DNA from: Cyanophora paradoxa CCMP329 | Lineage: Eukaryota; Plantae; Glaucophyta | Assembly (NCBI GenBank): GCA_004431415.1 | Contig: QPMI01000437.1 | Coordinates: forward strand, 186,001 to 250,000 | Direction of reading: 5' to 3' | DNA: 64,000 bases | Shown: positions 49,101 through 61,100 of the stretch, in pieces | Position numbering within the stretch: the stretch's first letter is position 1 | Layout of the letters: every line of letters begins with the position of its first letter | Program-made: the position numbers and the translations under genes | The notes under the pieces: model-generated | What the model saw: the letters and a program-made list of their open reading frames with translations, nothing else | Told to the model about the DNA's origin: nothing | The model's database searches: none

Positions 49101-52100
49101 GTGAGCCCGGGGGCACCTGGAGGCCCAGGGCGACCACGGCGTGGAAGGTCGATCCGACGCCCTCCACGCTCTCCACCCCCACGCTCCCCTCTGCAGAAGG
49201 GAAGAGAGGGGGTTGGACGGGAGGGAGGGAGGCAGGGGGCGCAGAGCTCGGGCGAGGGAGAGAAGGATTCGCTGACCCATGAGCTCGGCGAGCTTCGTCG
49301 TGATGGCTGCCCGAGCGAGCGACGAGGCGAGGTCAGTCGGACGGAACGGGAAGGGAAGGTAAGGGAGGCGAGGGGGTCCGTCAGAGTCGATCTCACGGGG
49401 GCGAGCCGATACCGGCCCTTTCAGATCTATTTATCTATCCATCTTAACAGATCTTTAAGATCTATCTGTCAATCTATCTATCTTAGATTTATGTATGTAC
49501 TGGGGCACGCGCACCGAGGCCGAGGCCGGTGCCGCCGTAGCGCCGGGCCGTGGATGCCTCCGCCTGGCTGTACAGCGAGAAGAGGTGTGGCAGACGCGCC
49601 GCCGGGATCCCCACCCCCGTGTCCTGCGGGGGTAGTTAGTTAGTTAGTTGGGGGGGTGGGAGGGGGAGGGGGGAGACGCGCCTGGACGGAGAGGCGGAAG
49701 AGGGGCCGGCCGGAGGGCGAGAGGCCGGGCTCGGGCCGCACGTGAACGGTCACGCGACCGTTCGCCCTCACGAACTTGAGCGCGTTCGATCTGCGCGGAG
49801 GACCGTTCGTTCGCCGCGCGAACGGAGCGGGAGGGAAGGGGGAGGGGGCGGGGGTACATGTAGTTCAGGAGGATCTGGCGAACTCGCACTGCGAACGAGG
49901 GAAGGCATGATCAGATCAGTGGGCCGCTCAGATCAGATCAGATCAAATCAGATGTGAGGGCACCTGGGTCGCCGACGACGCGGGCGGGGGTAGAGAGGTC
50001 GAGCAGGAGGCTGACGTGGACGCCTGCGGCCAGACCGCGCGGGAGGCGTCAGGCCAGGACGGAGCGTAGCTTTATAAAGAAAGCTTAGCTTTAGTTTAAA
50101 AGATTAGAGAAGCTTAGCTTAAGCTTAGAGAAACTTAAGAAAGGAAGAAAGCCCGGGGAAGCTTGAAGCGTCGGGCCAGGGCGGAGAGGAGCGGGGGCGG
50201 GCGCAGGAATCTGACCGCAGCTAGAATCCAATCGAAAGTCCAACGAGAAGCTAGTCTCATACGAGCGAATTGAACGGACGTCGGTGTCGACGTACCCTTC
50301 TTCTTGGCGGTGACGGTGACGAGGGTGATCACCTCCTCGGCGACCGCGTGCAGGTCGAACGGGATGCTCTCCTGGTGCGGTGTGGGGCGGGGACGTTGGG
50401 GCCGGGAGGAGAGAGAGAGGAAGCCTCGGGTGAGCGGGGCGGGGCGGGTTCGGGTCGGACCAGGTCCATCTTGCCGGCCTCCAGCTTGCTCTGGTCCAGG
50501 ATGTCGTTGATGAGCCTGCCGCGGCGCGCGGGAGGGGCGGGCGGGCCGGCCCGTCAGCACCGGGTCGGATAGTAGAAACGGCGGGCGGGGGGGCGCACGA
50601 GAGGAGGAGCTCGGAGGCGGATCCGATGACGTCGACGCAGCCGCGCTGGTCCTCCGTCAGCACCTGCAAGACCCGCTCCCGTCAGCACGAGCGCCAAGGC
50701 GGGGCAAGGAGGGGCTGCTAGGGCGAGGCTTTTTGGGGGCGGGGTGGGGCGGGGACGTTGGAATCGATTAGCAGGCCGGTGCGTGGAAGCCTTAGAAAGA
50801 AAAGCCTTCTGGGGCGGGGCGGGGCGGGGCGGGCCGTGTCGGTGAGGAGCTCCTGCATGCCGACGATCCCGTTCAGCGGAGTCCGCAGGTCGTGCTGCCC
50901 GGGCAGGCGTCAGCGCGTGGGGCGCGGGAGGGCGCGTGGGGCGCGGGAAGGCGGGGCCGGGGCCGGGGCGGGGCGGGGCAGGGGCCGCGAGGCACCGTCA
51001 ACATCGCTGCGGCGCGAAGCGTGAGCGGAGCGGAGCTAGGGCGGGACGGGACGGGGGCGGGCGGGAGGGGGGTACCGAAGCAGGCCGACTTGGCCTCAGA
51101 GGCGGCCCGGGCGCACTGGAGGGGGGGGGAAGGGGCGCGAGGGGGCCGGATTAGATCGCAAGGGGCGGGGGCGAACAGCAGAGAGCGCGTAGTGCTAGGA
51201 GCGCTAGGAGCGAGCTAACGGCGTCCCCTTCAGAGAGCCTCTTCAGGCGGAAGGAGGAACGGTTCTAAGGGCGGAGGAACGGTCACCTGGAGGTCCCGGA
51301 TGGCGCGCTCCTCGCGTACCCGGGCCGAGACGTCGCGCACGAAGAGCGTGTACGGGCCCGCGGGGGCCGCGGGGGTCGCGGGGGTCACGGGAGACGCGGC
51401 CGCCGCCGCCGCCGCCGGGGCCGGCGTGACGACGTTGAGCGCGAGCGGGTACGGGCCCGCCGCCGCCGGGGCCGCGGGGTTGGCGGGGGCGGCGCCGTCC
51501 CGGCCGAAGCTGCCCGCGCCCAGGCTCACGCTCAGGCTTCCTAGGCCTCCTCCCTCCGACGGGGCGGGCGAGGCGCTGCGTCCATCCGCCGCCTCGTCGC
51601 GATCCGATTGCTCCTCGAAGCGGAGGGACTGGAGGAGGGGGTACAGCTCGTGCATGCCGACCCCGGCGAGGCCGACGGGGCCTCCCAGGAGGTTCAGCGG
51701 GACCGGGGGGGTACCGGGGGGCGCCCCCGGCCCCGGGAGCCCCGGACCGCGCTTGGGCGAGGAGGGGGCGGAGGGGGCGGCCGAGGCGGAGGCGGAGGCG
51801 GGGCGGTCGAGGGGGCCCGAGGCGATTCGGCGGGGGCGCTCCTGCGGCGATCGCGCCAGCGAGCTGAGCGAGCGGTTGGAGAGGACCCTGCAGAGCGCGA
51901 GGCGAGGCGGAGCCGGTGAGCGGGGCGGGGCGGGTCGGGGCGGGGCGGGGCGTGAGGGGGGGGGGGTACCGGGTCATGCCGCGGGGCGAGCTGTCTGGGG
52001 GCAGGAGCGCGCGGCGGGGGGGTAGGCCGGTCGTGGCGCGGCGGGCGCCGGCGCTGCTCGGCGGGTTGACGCCCGGCGAGACGCTCATCTCCGCCTGCGC

Positions 52101-55100
52101 GCTCAGATCAGATCAGATCAGATATGATCATCAGATATGATCTGAGGCGCCGCTCGCCTCGACGAGGTGCCCGCTCGCGTGACGCGCGGTCACGGGGAAC
52201 GTCGAGATCTGCGCGCCGGGGGGGGGGGAAGTAGGCTCAGATCAAATCAGACCAGATCGGATCAGATCTGATCTGATGCAAGGCGCGCTCGCCTCGTCGG
52301 TGTGGGAGAGGAGCTTAAGCTAATGCGAGCTAAGCCGCGGCGGCGGCGGCGGCGGCGCCCAGGAGGTCTTGAAATGGAAGGCGAGCTTTATAGAAGAATC
52401 TCGTGGGATTCTAACGGAGTCTTATTATTAGATCTAGGCAATCTGGCTCCGGATCCGCTCGCCTCGTCAGTGTGGGAGAGCAACTCGGCCCAGCGCCACG
52501 GGGCGGCGTCCCCTGGCCCGCTGGCGGCGGCCGGGGCCAGGGCGTCCAGCGGGGGCGAGGAGGAGGAGGAGGGCTCCTCGGAGGCGGAGCCGCGGGACCA
52601 GAGGAGGGTCTGGGCGCGGAGGCCGACGGGCGCGAGGCCGAAGAGGCGGTGGGCGGCGGGGTTCGCGGAGAGGACGGTGCCGTCGGCCGCGACCGTCATG
52701 ATCGCGTCGTGCGCCGACGCCCTGCCGGCGAGAGTGAGAGAGTGAGGGAAGAAGGTGGCTGAACAAGGAACTCAAGGGATAGCTTAGGCTTAAGCCTATC
52801 CTAAGAGAGAAAGCGAACAGGAAATATAAAAGCTTGGGAAAGCTTGGGAAACTCAAGGGCGAACAGGAAACTTGAGGGAGAGCGTAGGCTCAAGGCTATT
52901 TATCCTAAGAGAGAAAGCGAGGGCGGAGCTCACAGGACGGCGGCGTTGGCGCGGGACTGCTCCTGGAGCGCGGCGAAGCTCTTCTGCAGAGACCTGGGGG
53001 GGGCCGGGGGAGGGGTGGGGAATGGGACCCGGATCAAATCCCGCGGGGCCCGGATCGAATCCGTTGATTGCCACGCACTCGTACAGCCGCGCGTTCAGAA
53101 TCGAGATGGCCAGCTGCGTCGACAGGATCTGGGAGGGAGGAATTAATCCGACGGGATCGAATTCGAGCCGGATCAAATTTTATTTCCGAAAAGAAGGGGA
53201 CCTGGAGGGACTCGATGCGGGCCGGGGTGAAGGCGGCGCGGAGGGAGCGGTTCTCGAGGTAGAGGGCGCCCACGACGCGGCCTGCATGCGGCGGGCGAGG
53301 CTCAATATGGGCGGATCAAGGGCCAAGCTGAGCTCAACGCTTAAGTGAACTTCGAGCTTTTGTCAAGGTTTCATGCTTATTAATGTTTGCGGATCCCGGC
53401 TGAAGGTTTTCAAGGTCCAGCAGAGCGCACCGGCGTTGAGGATCGGGAGCGCCAGAAGCGACCGCACGCCCGAGGCCCGCACGTACGCCTCCGACCGAAA
53501 GGCGCTGCTCAGATCGGATCGGATCGGATCGGATCTGATCTGAGCGCGGACTCAGGTGAGCGGGCGGGCGGACCTGTCGGGGGCCCCCGCGTCGTGCACG
53601 AGAACGGGCGCCGCCGTCGCGAGCGCCATCCGAACCTGCGAATTCAAATTCAAATTCAAATTCAAACCTTCGAATTCAGATTCAAATTCGAATTCAAAGT
53701 TTTGAATTTGAATTCGAATGCGGCCGCACGGCGTTGACGCAGAGGAGGGCCCCGCAGGATGCGTCCTCCAGCCGCTGGTCGATCAGCGCCCGCACGTTCA
53801 CGCCGCTGCGCCCGCCCGACCGCCCGCTCCTTCTCGTGAGCAACTTCTCGTATAGACTCTTTAGCACGTGGGACTCTTAGACTCTATAGGCAACTTATTT
53901 ATGGACTGTTGGATTCGTACTAGATTAGATGCGGTGCGGGGCGGGGCGGGCGGGGGGAGCGGGCGGGCGGGCGCGGAGGGGGGGGGGGGGGGGGGAGGGG
54001 GGGGGGCGGACAGGGTGGCGCGGGCGCGGCGGGCCCCGGGGGAGGAAGCCCTCCTCCCCCCCCGCCCCGCCCTCCGAGGCCTCCGCTTCCTCGTCATCGT
54101 CCAGATTCCCTGCGCCCCACATTCAGATTCAGATCCCGCCGCCTCGATAGATAGATAGATAGATACATAGATATCCAACAGGTTCGATCTAGCAAGTCTC
54201 TTTAATATATACAATATACGATTAAGCACCCTCCCTTCAATGATTTGATAGACCCCCCGCTAGATCTCTGACACAAAGCAAACAAACAAACAAACAAGCA
54301 AACAAATATGCGTACCCTCCGCCTCGACGAAGAACTCGGGGTCGGGCCCCGCCTCGGCCTCGCCGCCCCCGCCCCCGGCCTCCAGGATCACCAGCCCCCG
54401 CTGCGAACGAAGAAGGCGAGGTCGGGGCAGGGCGGGCGCGGCGGCGGAGGGGTACAGGCGGAGAGGGATGGGCACTAGATGGAAGGTGGGAACGTAGGAA
54501 GCTATTGCAGGCCCGGGCTCTAGTTCGAGCCCCGCGCCAGCTCTAGTCCAGGGGGGGGGGAAGGGGGGGGGTAGTCGGACCTGGGCGCCGGCGAGCTCGA
54601 CGACGACGGCGATGAGGTGGCGGATCAAATCCTCGAAGACGATGCGCGTCGAGATCTCCTGCGAGACGCGCAGCACGCTCTTCCAGTCTGAGAGATGAGG
54701 TGAGACGAGGCGAGACGAGGCGAGACGAGGCGAGACGGCAGGCAGACGAGACGATAATAGGATGGGAAGGTCTAAGCTGGGATCGAGAAGCTTCAAGGCC
54801 ATGGACCGAGAAGCAGAAGCTTCAGAAACTTTGAGGAAACACTAAGAGAGCGCCGTCGCGTTATCCTTATGAGATATCTCGGAGGCAGGAAGAGGCTTCT
54901 AGGACAGTGGATTCGAAGGTAGCGGTGGCAGAGAAGCTCTAAGGAAACGCTGCGGGCGCACCGAAGTCCATGGCGGAGACGGTGCTCTCGGGGACTCCCC
55001 CCCCCTGATGCTGCGCCGCGCCCTGCGGCGCCCCTCGTTGCTCGATCGATCGATTCCGGATCGGATCGGATCGGACGGAGGCGGACCTGCAGGTGCTGCT

Positions 55101-58100
55101 GCGCCGCGCCCTGCGGCGCCTCTCCGTCAGATCGGATCGATTCCGGATCGGATCGGACGGAGGAAGGCAGGCAGGAAGGCAGGCAAAGCGCCCGGCGCCT
55201 CTCCGTCAGATCACGGTCGCTCGATCGGATCGGATCGGATCGCACGGACCTGCAGGCCTCCTCCTCCCAGCGTCTCGTCCGAGGAGGGGTGGAGGGGGCC
55301 CGGGGGGCACCCCGAGGCCGTCGTGCTCCCCTTGCGCGATGACGTCACGGTGGATCCCTGGGGGGGGGGGGGGGGGGGGGGGGTGGGGGGGCGAGGGAGG
55401 GATGCTTAGATTCTCATTGCGGGAGAGTCTCTTTGAACGATTGCGGGAGAGTCTTGTTCTTGAATCTAAGATTATTATAACCCTAAGCTTAAGATTCTTC
55501 TTTGAATCTGAGGCGGGTCCGATCCCGACCTTGCGGGATCCGTGCCCGCGGCGCTCCCCGCCCGGCCCCAGACGGTCGCCCCCGCCCCCGCCCGGCCCGA
55601 ACGTTGAGGCCAGGCCGGCCTGGTGGGGCGCCGCGAGCGCCGCCGCAGCCGCCGCCGGCGCCCCCGTGACGAGCAGCGGCAGCGGCGTGCCCTGGGGGCT
55701 GCCCCCGTCGGGCCCTCCCCCGAGGGCGCCGGCGCTGGCGGGGCGCCCGAAAGCGGCGTCGAAGGCGGCCGCAGCCGACTCGCGCCTCTGCTCCTCTTCC
55801 AGGGCCGCCACCTGCGCGCACGCAAGCGTTCGTTGTTAGAGACCCTCGTTGTCTTCTGAGAGATCTATCTATCTATCTATCTATGTCTTTAGCGACCAAG
55901 GTATTTATCTATCTTAGCAGCCTTGTCGCGGCTCTTCCCATATTACTAACTCTAGGCCCGTATGCATCTTCTGGAGGCTCTCTCACCTTGGCGGCGGCGC
56001 CCCAGGCGCGGTACCAGGCGAGGGCGTGGGCGAGGTGCGCGGCGGCCTCCGTCGGGAGCTCCTCCGCAGCGTAGACCCGCCACGCCCGCTCGTGGGCCAG
56101 AGCCTGCGCACGAGGCTCGAAGTCCAAACCGGGGTGGGGTGGGGGGGGTGGGGTGGGGCGGGTGGGGGGGTGGGGGTGGGGGGGGGTAGGAGGAAGGCGG
56201 GGGCCATATATCTTTAAAGACAGCCGAGAGCTAACATATCAAAAAATAAAAGAGCTAGGATGTCCAGTGGTAAAACGGGCTTGAAAGTAAAAAACGGCCA
56301 AGTAACCGCAGCTTTTAGAGGGGCGGACCTGGAGGCGAGGGGGGTGGGGGGGTGGGGGGGCGGACCTGGAGGTAAGGGAAGTCGTTGCGGGCGGCGAGGG
56401 CGGCGGCGCGGGCGTAGCCGCGGGCCGCCGCGAGGGGCTCCCCCCCGATTCGCGCGGCCTCCGCCTCCAGTAGCAGGTGCTTGATCGCCAGGTGCCGCGG
56501 CGAGACCTAAAAATAGAACCAGAGAGGGGTACCGGTTAGAGCTCTCTAAGGGCAGAGATCGAGGGGTACGGGTTTGCGGGCCTTGGCCAGCCCGACGAAG
56601 GCGGCGCGGTACCCCTCGAAGCGGCGGCGGGCCTCGGCGGGGTCCATGAGGGGCTCAGACGAGCTCAGGCTCAGGTGAGAAACAGAAGTGGGCCGGGCGA
56701 GCTCGGCGCAGAGGAGGCCGGCGCCGAAGCAGAACTCCTCGTGCGTGAGGCAGACGCCGGCGCTCGCCTCCTCGAAGGGCCCGAGCCGCCTCATCGACGC
56801 CACCGCCTGTCAGATTTTGATCCGCGGACGAGCGTCAGATTTGATCCGGATCGAATTCGATCCGAGGATCGGGGGTACGACCTCGTCGAGGCGCCCGAGG
56901 ACGAAGCGCATGAGGAGCGCCGGCCCGTAGAACATCGCCTGGAACCTGAAAAAAGGTTAAAAAAGGAACGAAAAGGAAGGGAAAGGAAAGGGAGACCAGG
57001 GCGGGGCGTGCTGGAGCCCGGCCTCGTGCGCCTCGACGTCGAAGCCCGCCTGAGGCCTCGCGCCCTGCGAAGGACGGAAAAGAGATGATGAGAGAGAAAG
57101 GGGGAGAGAAGAAGAAGAAGAAGTGGGACCGCCCGGACTCGAACCTGGAGCTCGAGGGTCGTGTAGAGGAGGCCGCGGACCATCCCCTCCATGATCCGGT
57201 TCTTCGTCTTCAGCTGCCGGGGCGCTTTCGTTAGATAAAAAAGGACCGGCAGGGATTCGATCAGATAAGAGGTCAGGATCCTAGCCTAGTAGCGGCCATG
57301 TTCGTCTAAACACTTGGGCTTACGCTCTCCATGAGCTGATTAGAATTCAACCTCGTCAGGGTAAGAGGTCAGGATTAGATTTGGACCTCGTGAAATTGCC
57401 AGGCGAGGGATTGCTCCTAGCCACTAGCGACTACTCCCCCAAAGCGCTTGAGCCTTCACTATCCAAGACGGACCTGCCAGGCGAGGGAGCGGTGGGCGCG
57501 CTGGGCGACGGCGGGGAGCGGCTCGCCCCGCACGAGGGCGGCGAGGACGGAGAGGGAGGAGACGGCCCCCGCCGCCCCGTGCAGGCCCAGCCCCGAGAGC
57601 AGCTCGAAGTCCTAACGAGAACGTTCGCTCAGGGAGAACGTTCGTTCCGGGAGAGGGGAGGGTTCGCACCTCGACGAACATGGCGACGACGTCGGACCTG
57701 CGAACGAAGCTCAGCTGAGCGGGGGGGAGAGGGGGGGGGGTAAAGCGGACATGGTCGTCGCGAAGTTCGCCGTGATGGCCCCGTAGAACTGCGAACGGAG
57801 CTCAGGTGAGGAAGGGGAGGGGCGAGGGAGCGAGCCGGGCTGGGCCAAGCCGCCAGGGGGGCTAGCTAGGGCCGGGGCGCACCATGGAGATGCCGATGAT
57901 GGGGGGTATGCCAAAGGAGCGCGCCATGCGCACCGCCACCTGCCCGAGCTCGCCGGCGATCCGGAGGAACGGCGCATTCGCCACCTCCTCCTCGTAACTG
58001 CCGTGCCGTCAGGAAAGAGAGACAAGGAAAGAAAAAGAAAGAGAAAGAGAAAGAACGAAAGAAAGGAAAGCACTTGGGGCGGGAGCGGTCGTAGCGGAGG

Positions 58101-61100
58101 CCGGAGACGGGCAGCGCCAGGGCCGTCCCCAGGATCGAGAGCGCCATGGGTATGGGCGGCGTCAGGCCGTGCGCCAACGCCAGGTTCACCTGAGTTAGCT
58201 CAGATCAGATCAGATAGGTAAGGTTGGATTGGATAAGAGTCCGGAACACACCGTCCGCGCGGTTACGAAGGCGTAGAAGCGCAGGTTGCCCCTGTGCGCG
58301 CGGAGGTTAGGGGCGAAAGCTTAGGAAGGCCGCCGAAAAGAGGAGGGGGAGCGAGGGGGGTTGGGGGGGGGGGGGGGATGGGTTGGGGTGGAGGGGGTGG
58401 AAGCCAGGACGGCTGGGGGCGGCTAATAGGTCCGCATCGCGGGCGACGGGAGGGGAAGGGGGGGGGAAGGGGGGGGAGGGGGGGAGGGGTAGGATGGGTG
58501 GGTGGGAGTGGGGTGGAAGGGCGAGGGGGGGGGGAAGGGGGCGTTCGCGTACCCGTAGAAGGCGGGGAGTACGATGTCCATCATCACCTCGATCTGCCCC
58601 GAGAGCTCTGCGCGCGGCCGGTCAAGCCAAGCCAGGCCCTACGGCAGGTCCTCCGGGTACGCGGGGCGGGCGGACCGGGGTCCTGGCACATGGGGAGGGC
58701 GGCGATTGCCTCCACCGAGTTCGCCTGGATCCACTCCAGCGCCCGCTGCACCTGCGCGACCGGGGGCGCTCAGGGGGGGGGTAGGGGGGGGGTAGGGGGT
58801 CGGTCCCCAGGCTAGCTCAGGACACGCCCCGGACTAGCCCTGGACTTGAAGAGAAGGGAGGGGAGGGTGGGGGGGGGGGGGGGGGTCCTTGGGTCCTAGA
58901 CTAGCTCTAGCCTCCGCTAGCTCTAGTTCAGGCTTAAGAAGGCTTAGTTCAGGCTTGACAAGCCAGCCAGCTCTGGATCTAGCGCTCGAGCGAGCTCAAG
59001 ATTTGATCTGGATCGGATCTGGACTCGCCTCGGCGCGGACGTCCGGGTCCGGGACCTCGGGGTCGAAGCGGGCCCCGAAGAGGCCCGCCAGGCACTCGCA
59101 CCCGACCCGCACCGCCTCCCCAAACTCCTGCGAAGAAGAAGGAGGAGGGCTGTTAGCGGGATCCAATCGCAACGAGGGATGATCTAGTAGAGTATAATAA
59201 GAATCTAACAGAGCCTAATGAGAATCTAGCGGGAGGCGCGGCGAAGGGCGCGGGGGCGAAGGAGGACCGTTAGTGGGATCCAAGCATCTGATTTAGAAAC
59301 CGACGGCATCTGATAGAATCTAACCGGGAATATGACAAGGCCCTATAAGAATCTGATTTAGATTCCAGTAAGAGTGCAATGCACCTGCATGGCCTCCAGG
59401 AGGCCGACGCGGAGGCGCTAGGAATCTAATAGAATCTAATCGAAAACATGGAATCTAATAGAATCTAAGCGGGAATGAAACGGGAATCTAATAGAATCTA
59501 ACTTAGATTCCGATAAGAGTGCACCTGCATGGCCTCGAGGAGGCCGACGCGGAGGCGGTACGCGCGGATCCGCTGCGGCCGCGTCCCCGCCTTCGCGAGC
59601 ACTGCGGGGGGGTGAGGGGAGGGAGGGGGCGAGTTAGTTCGGAAGGACGGGGATGGATGGGGGGCTCTAGGAGGAAGCTTGGTTGCTTGCTTACGCACCC
59701 TCCTCGAAGGCGGCGGCGGCGGCGGCGGCGTCGTGGCGCATCGCGGCGCTCTCGCAGGCGAGGAGGCTCAGCTCGAAGGCCGTCTGAGGAAGAAGGGCAG
59801 AGGGAGTAAGAACAAGAGTACGGGAAGGAGAGCGAGGCCGACGGCAGGTACCTCGGCGTGCGGGCCGTCCCAGGCCCCCGCGCCCAGCGCCTCCAGCCCG
59901 CACCGCGCGTACTCCGCCACCTAGCAGGAACATGAGTAATCAGTCGAGGGTTTGGGTCGGATCGAAGAGAGGTGACAGCGAGTACCTTCTCGTGGGCGAC
60001 GCACTGTTTGGCGCGCTGCGCGGCCGCGAGGTTCAAGGCGGCAGCCTCGCCCCGGCGCGCCTCCGAGAGGCGGTCGGCCGCCTCCTCCGTCCCCGCGTTC
60101 AGCATCCCCACCAGCGGGAACAGCAGGCTCTGCGCGCTCCTCGTTAGATTCTTGTTATCAGACTCTTGTTAAACTCTTATAAGACTCTTGTTGGATTCGT
60201 GTTAGGCGGACCTCGCGCTGGGCGGGGTCCTCGCGCGTGGCGTCGAAGAGGCGCCACCCGACGCGGCGGGAGAGCGAGCGCCGCCGCGGGTTCCGCTCCG
60301 AGCCCTCCTGTCAAGTTAATAATAGAGAACTGTTAGCGTAGCGCAGGCTGCGCAGCGCAGAGCAGCGCGGAATGCAATGTACTATGGAGCGCCGAAGGAC
60401 TGATAGATTCTCAAATACTTCTGGTAGATTCTCTCATATTTCTAATAGGGTGAGCGTACGTACCGACGAGTCGCCCGAGCCCGCCTCGCTGCTCTCCGCG
60501 GCAAAGTCGGCAAGCTCCGCCGCCGCCTGCTGGATCCGGTCGTGGGCGAACCTGGCGGGCCGGACGGGGTGAGGTGAGATGACGTGAGATGAGATGAGAC
60601 CGGATCGGCGAGGACTGTAGTTAGAAAGAATGATAGCTAGCAACGCTAGAATGATAGCTAGTATCATGTCAGATCCGATCCGATCTGATCTGATCTGATC
60701 TGATCTGATCTGATATGAGCGCGCAGACGGACCGGTAGGTCTGGCGCTCGGGGTCGGCTAGGACAAGGAAGCCCTCGTCGACGGCCGGCTTGAGGGCGAG
60801 GAGCACGTCCTCGTCCGAGCCCGCCGCGAGGCCGGCGCGGAGGACGGGGACCGAGACCGAGTCGCCGCAGAGGGAGGCAACGGCGAGGGCGGCCTTGGCG
60901 CCGGGCGGCAGCTCCGAGAGGCGCGCGCTCATCAGCTCCACCACGCGCTCCGAGATGGCGCTCGACTCGACCTGAGGTTCTCATTAGATTCTTGTAGGGC
61001 CCCGTTACATTCCCGGTTAGATTCTATTAGCCCATGTTAAATCTATTAGATTCTATTAGATGGCGCTCGACTCCACCTGAGGCGGCCCCGAAAACGATAC

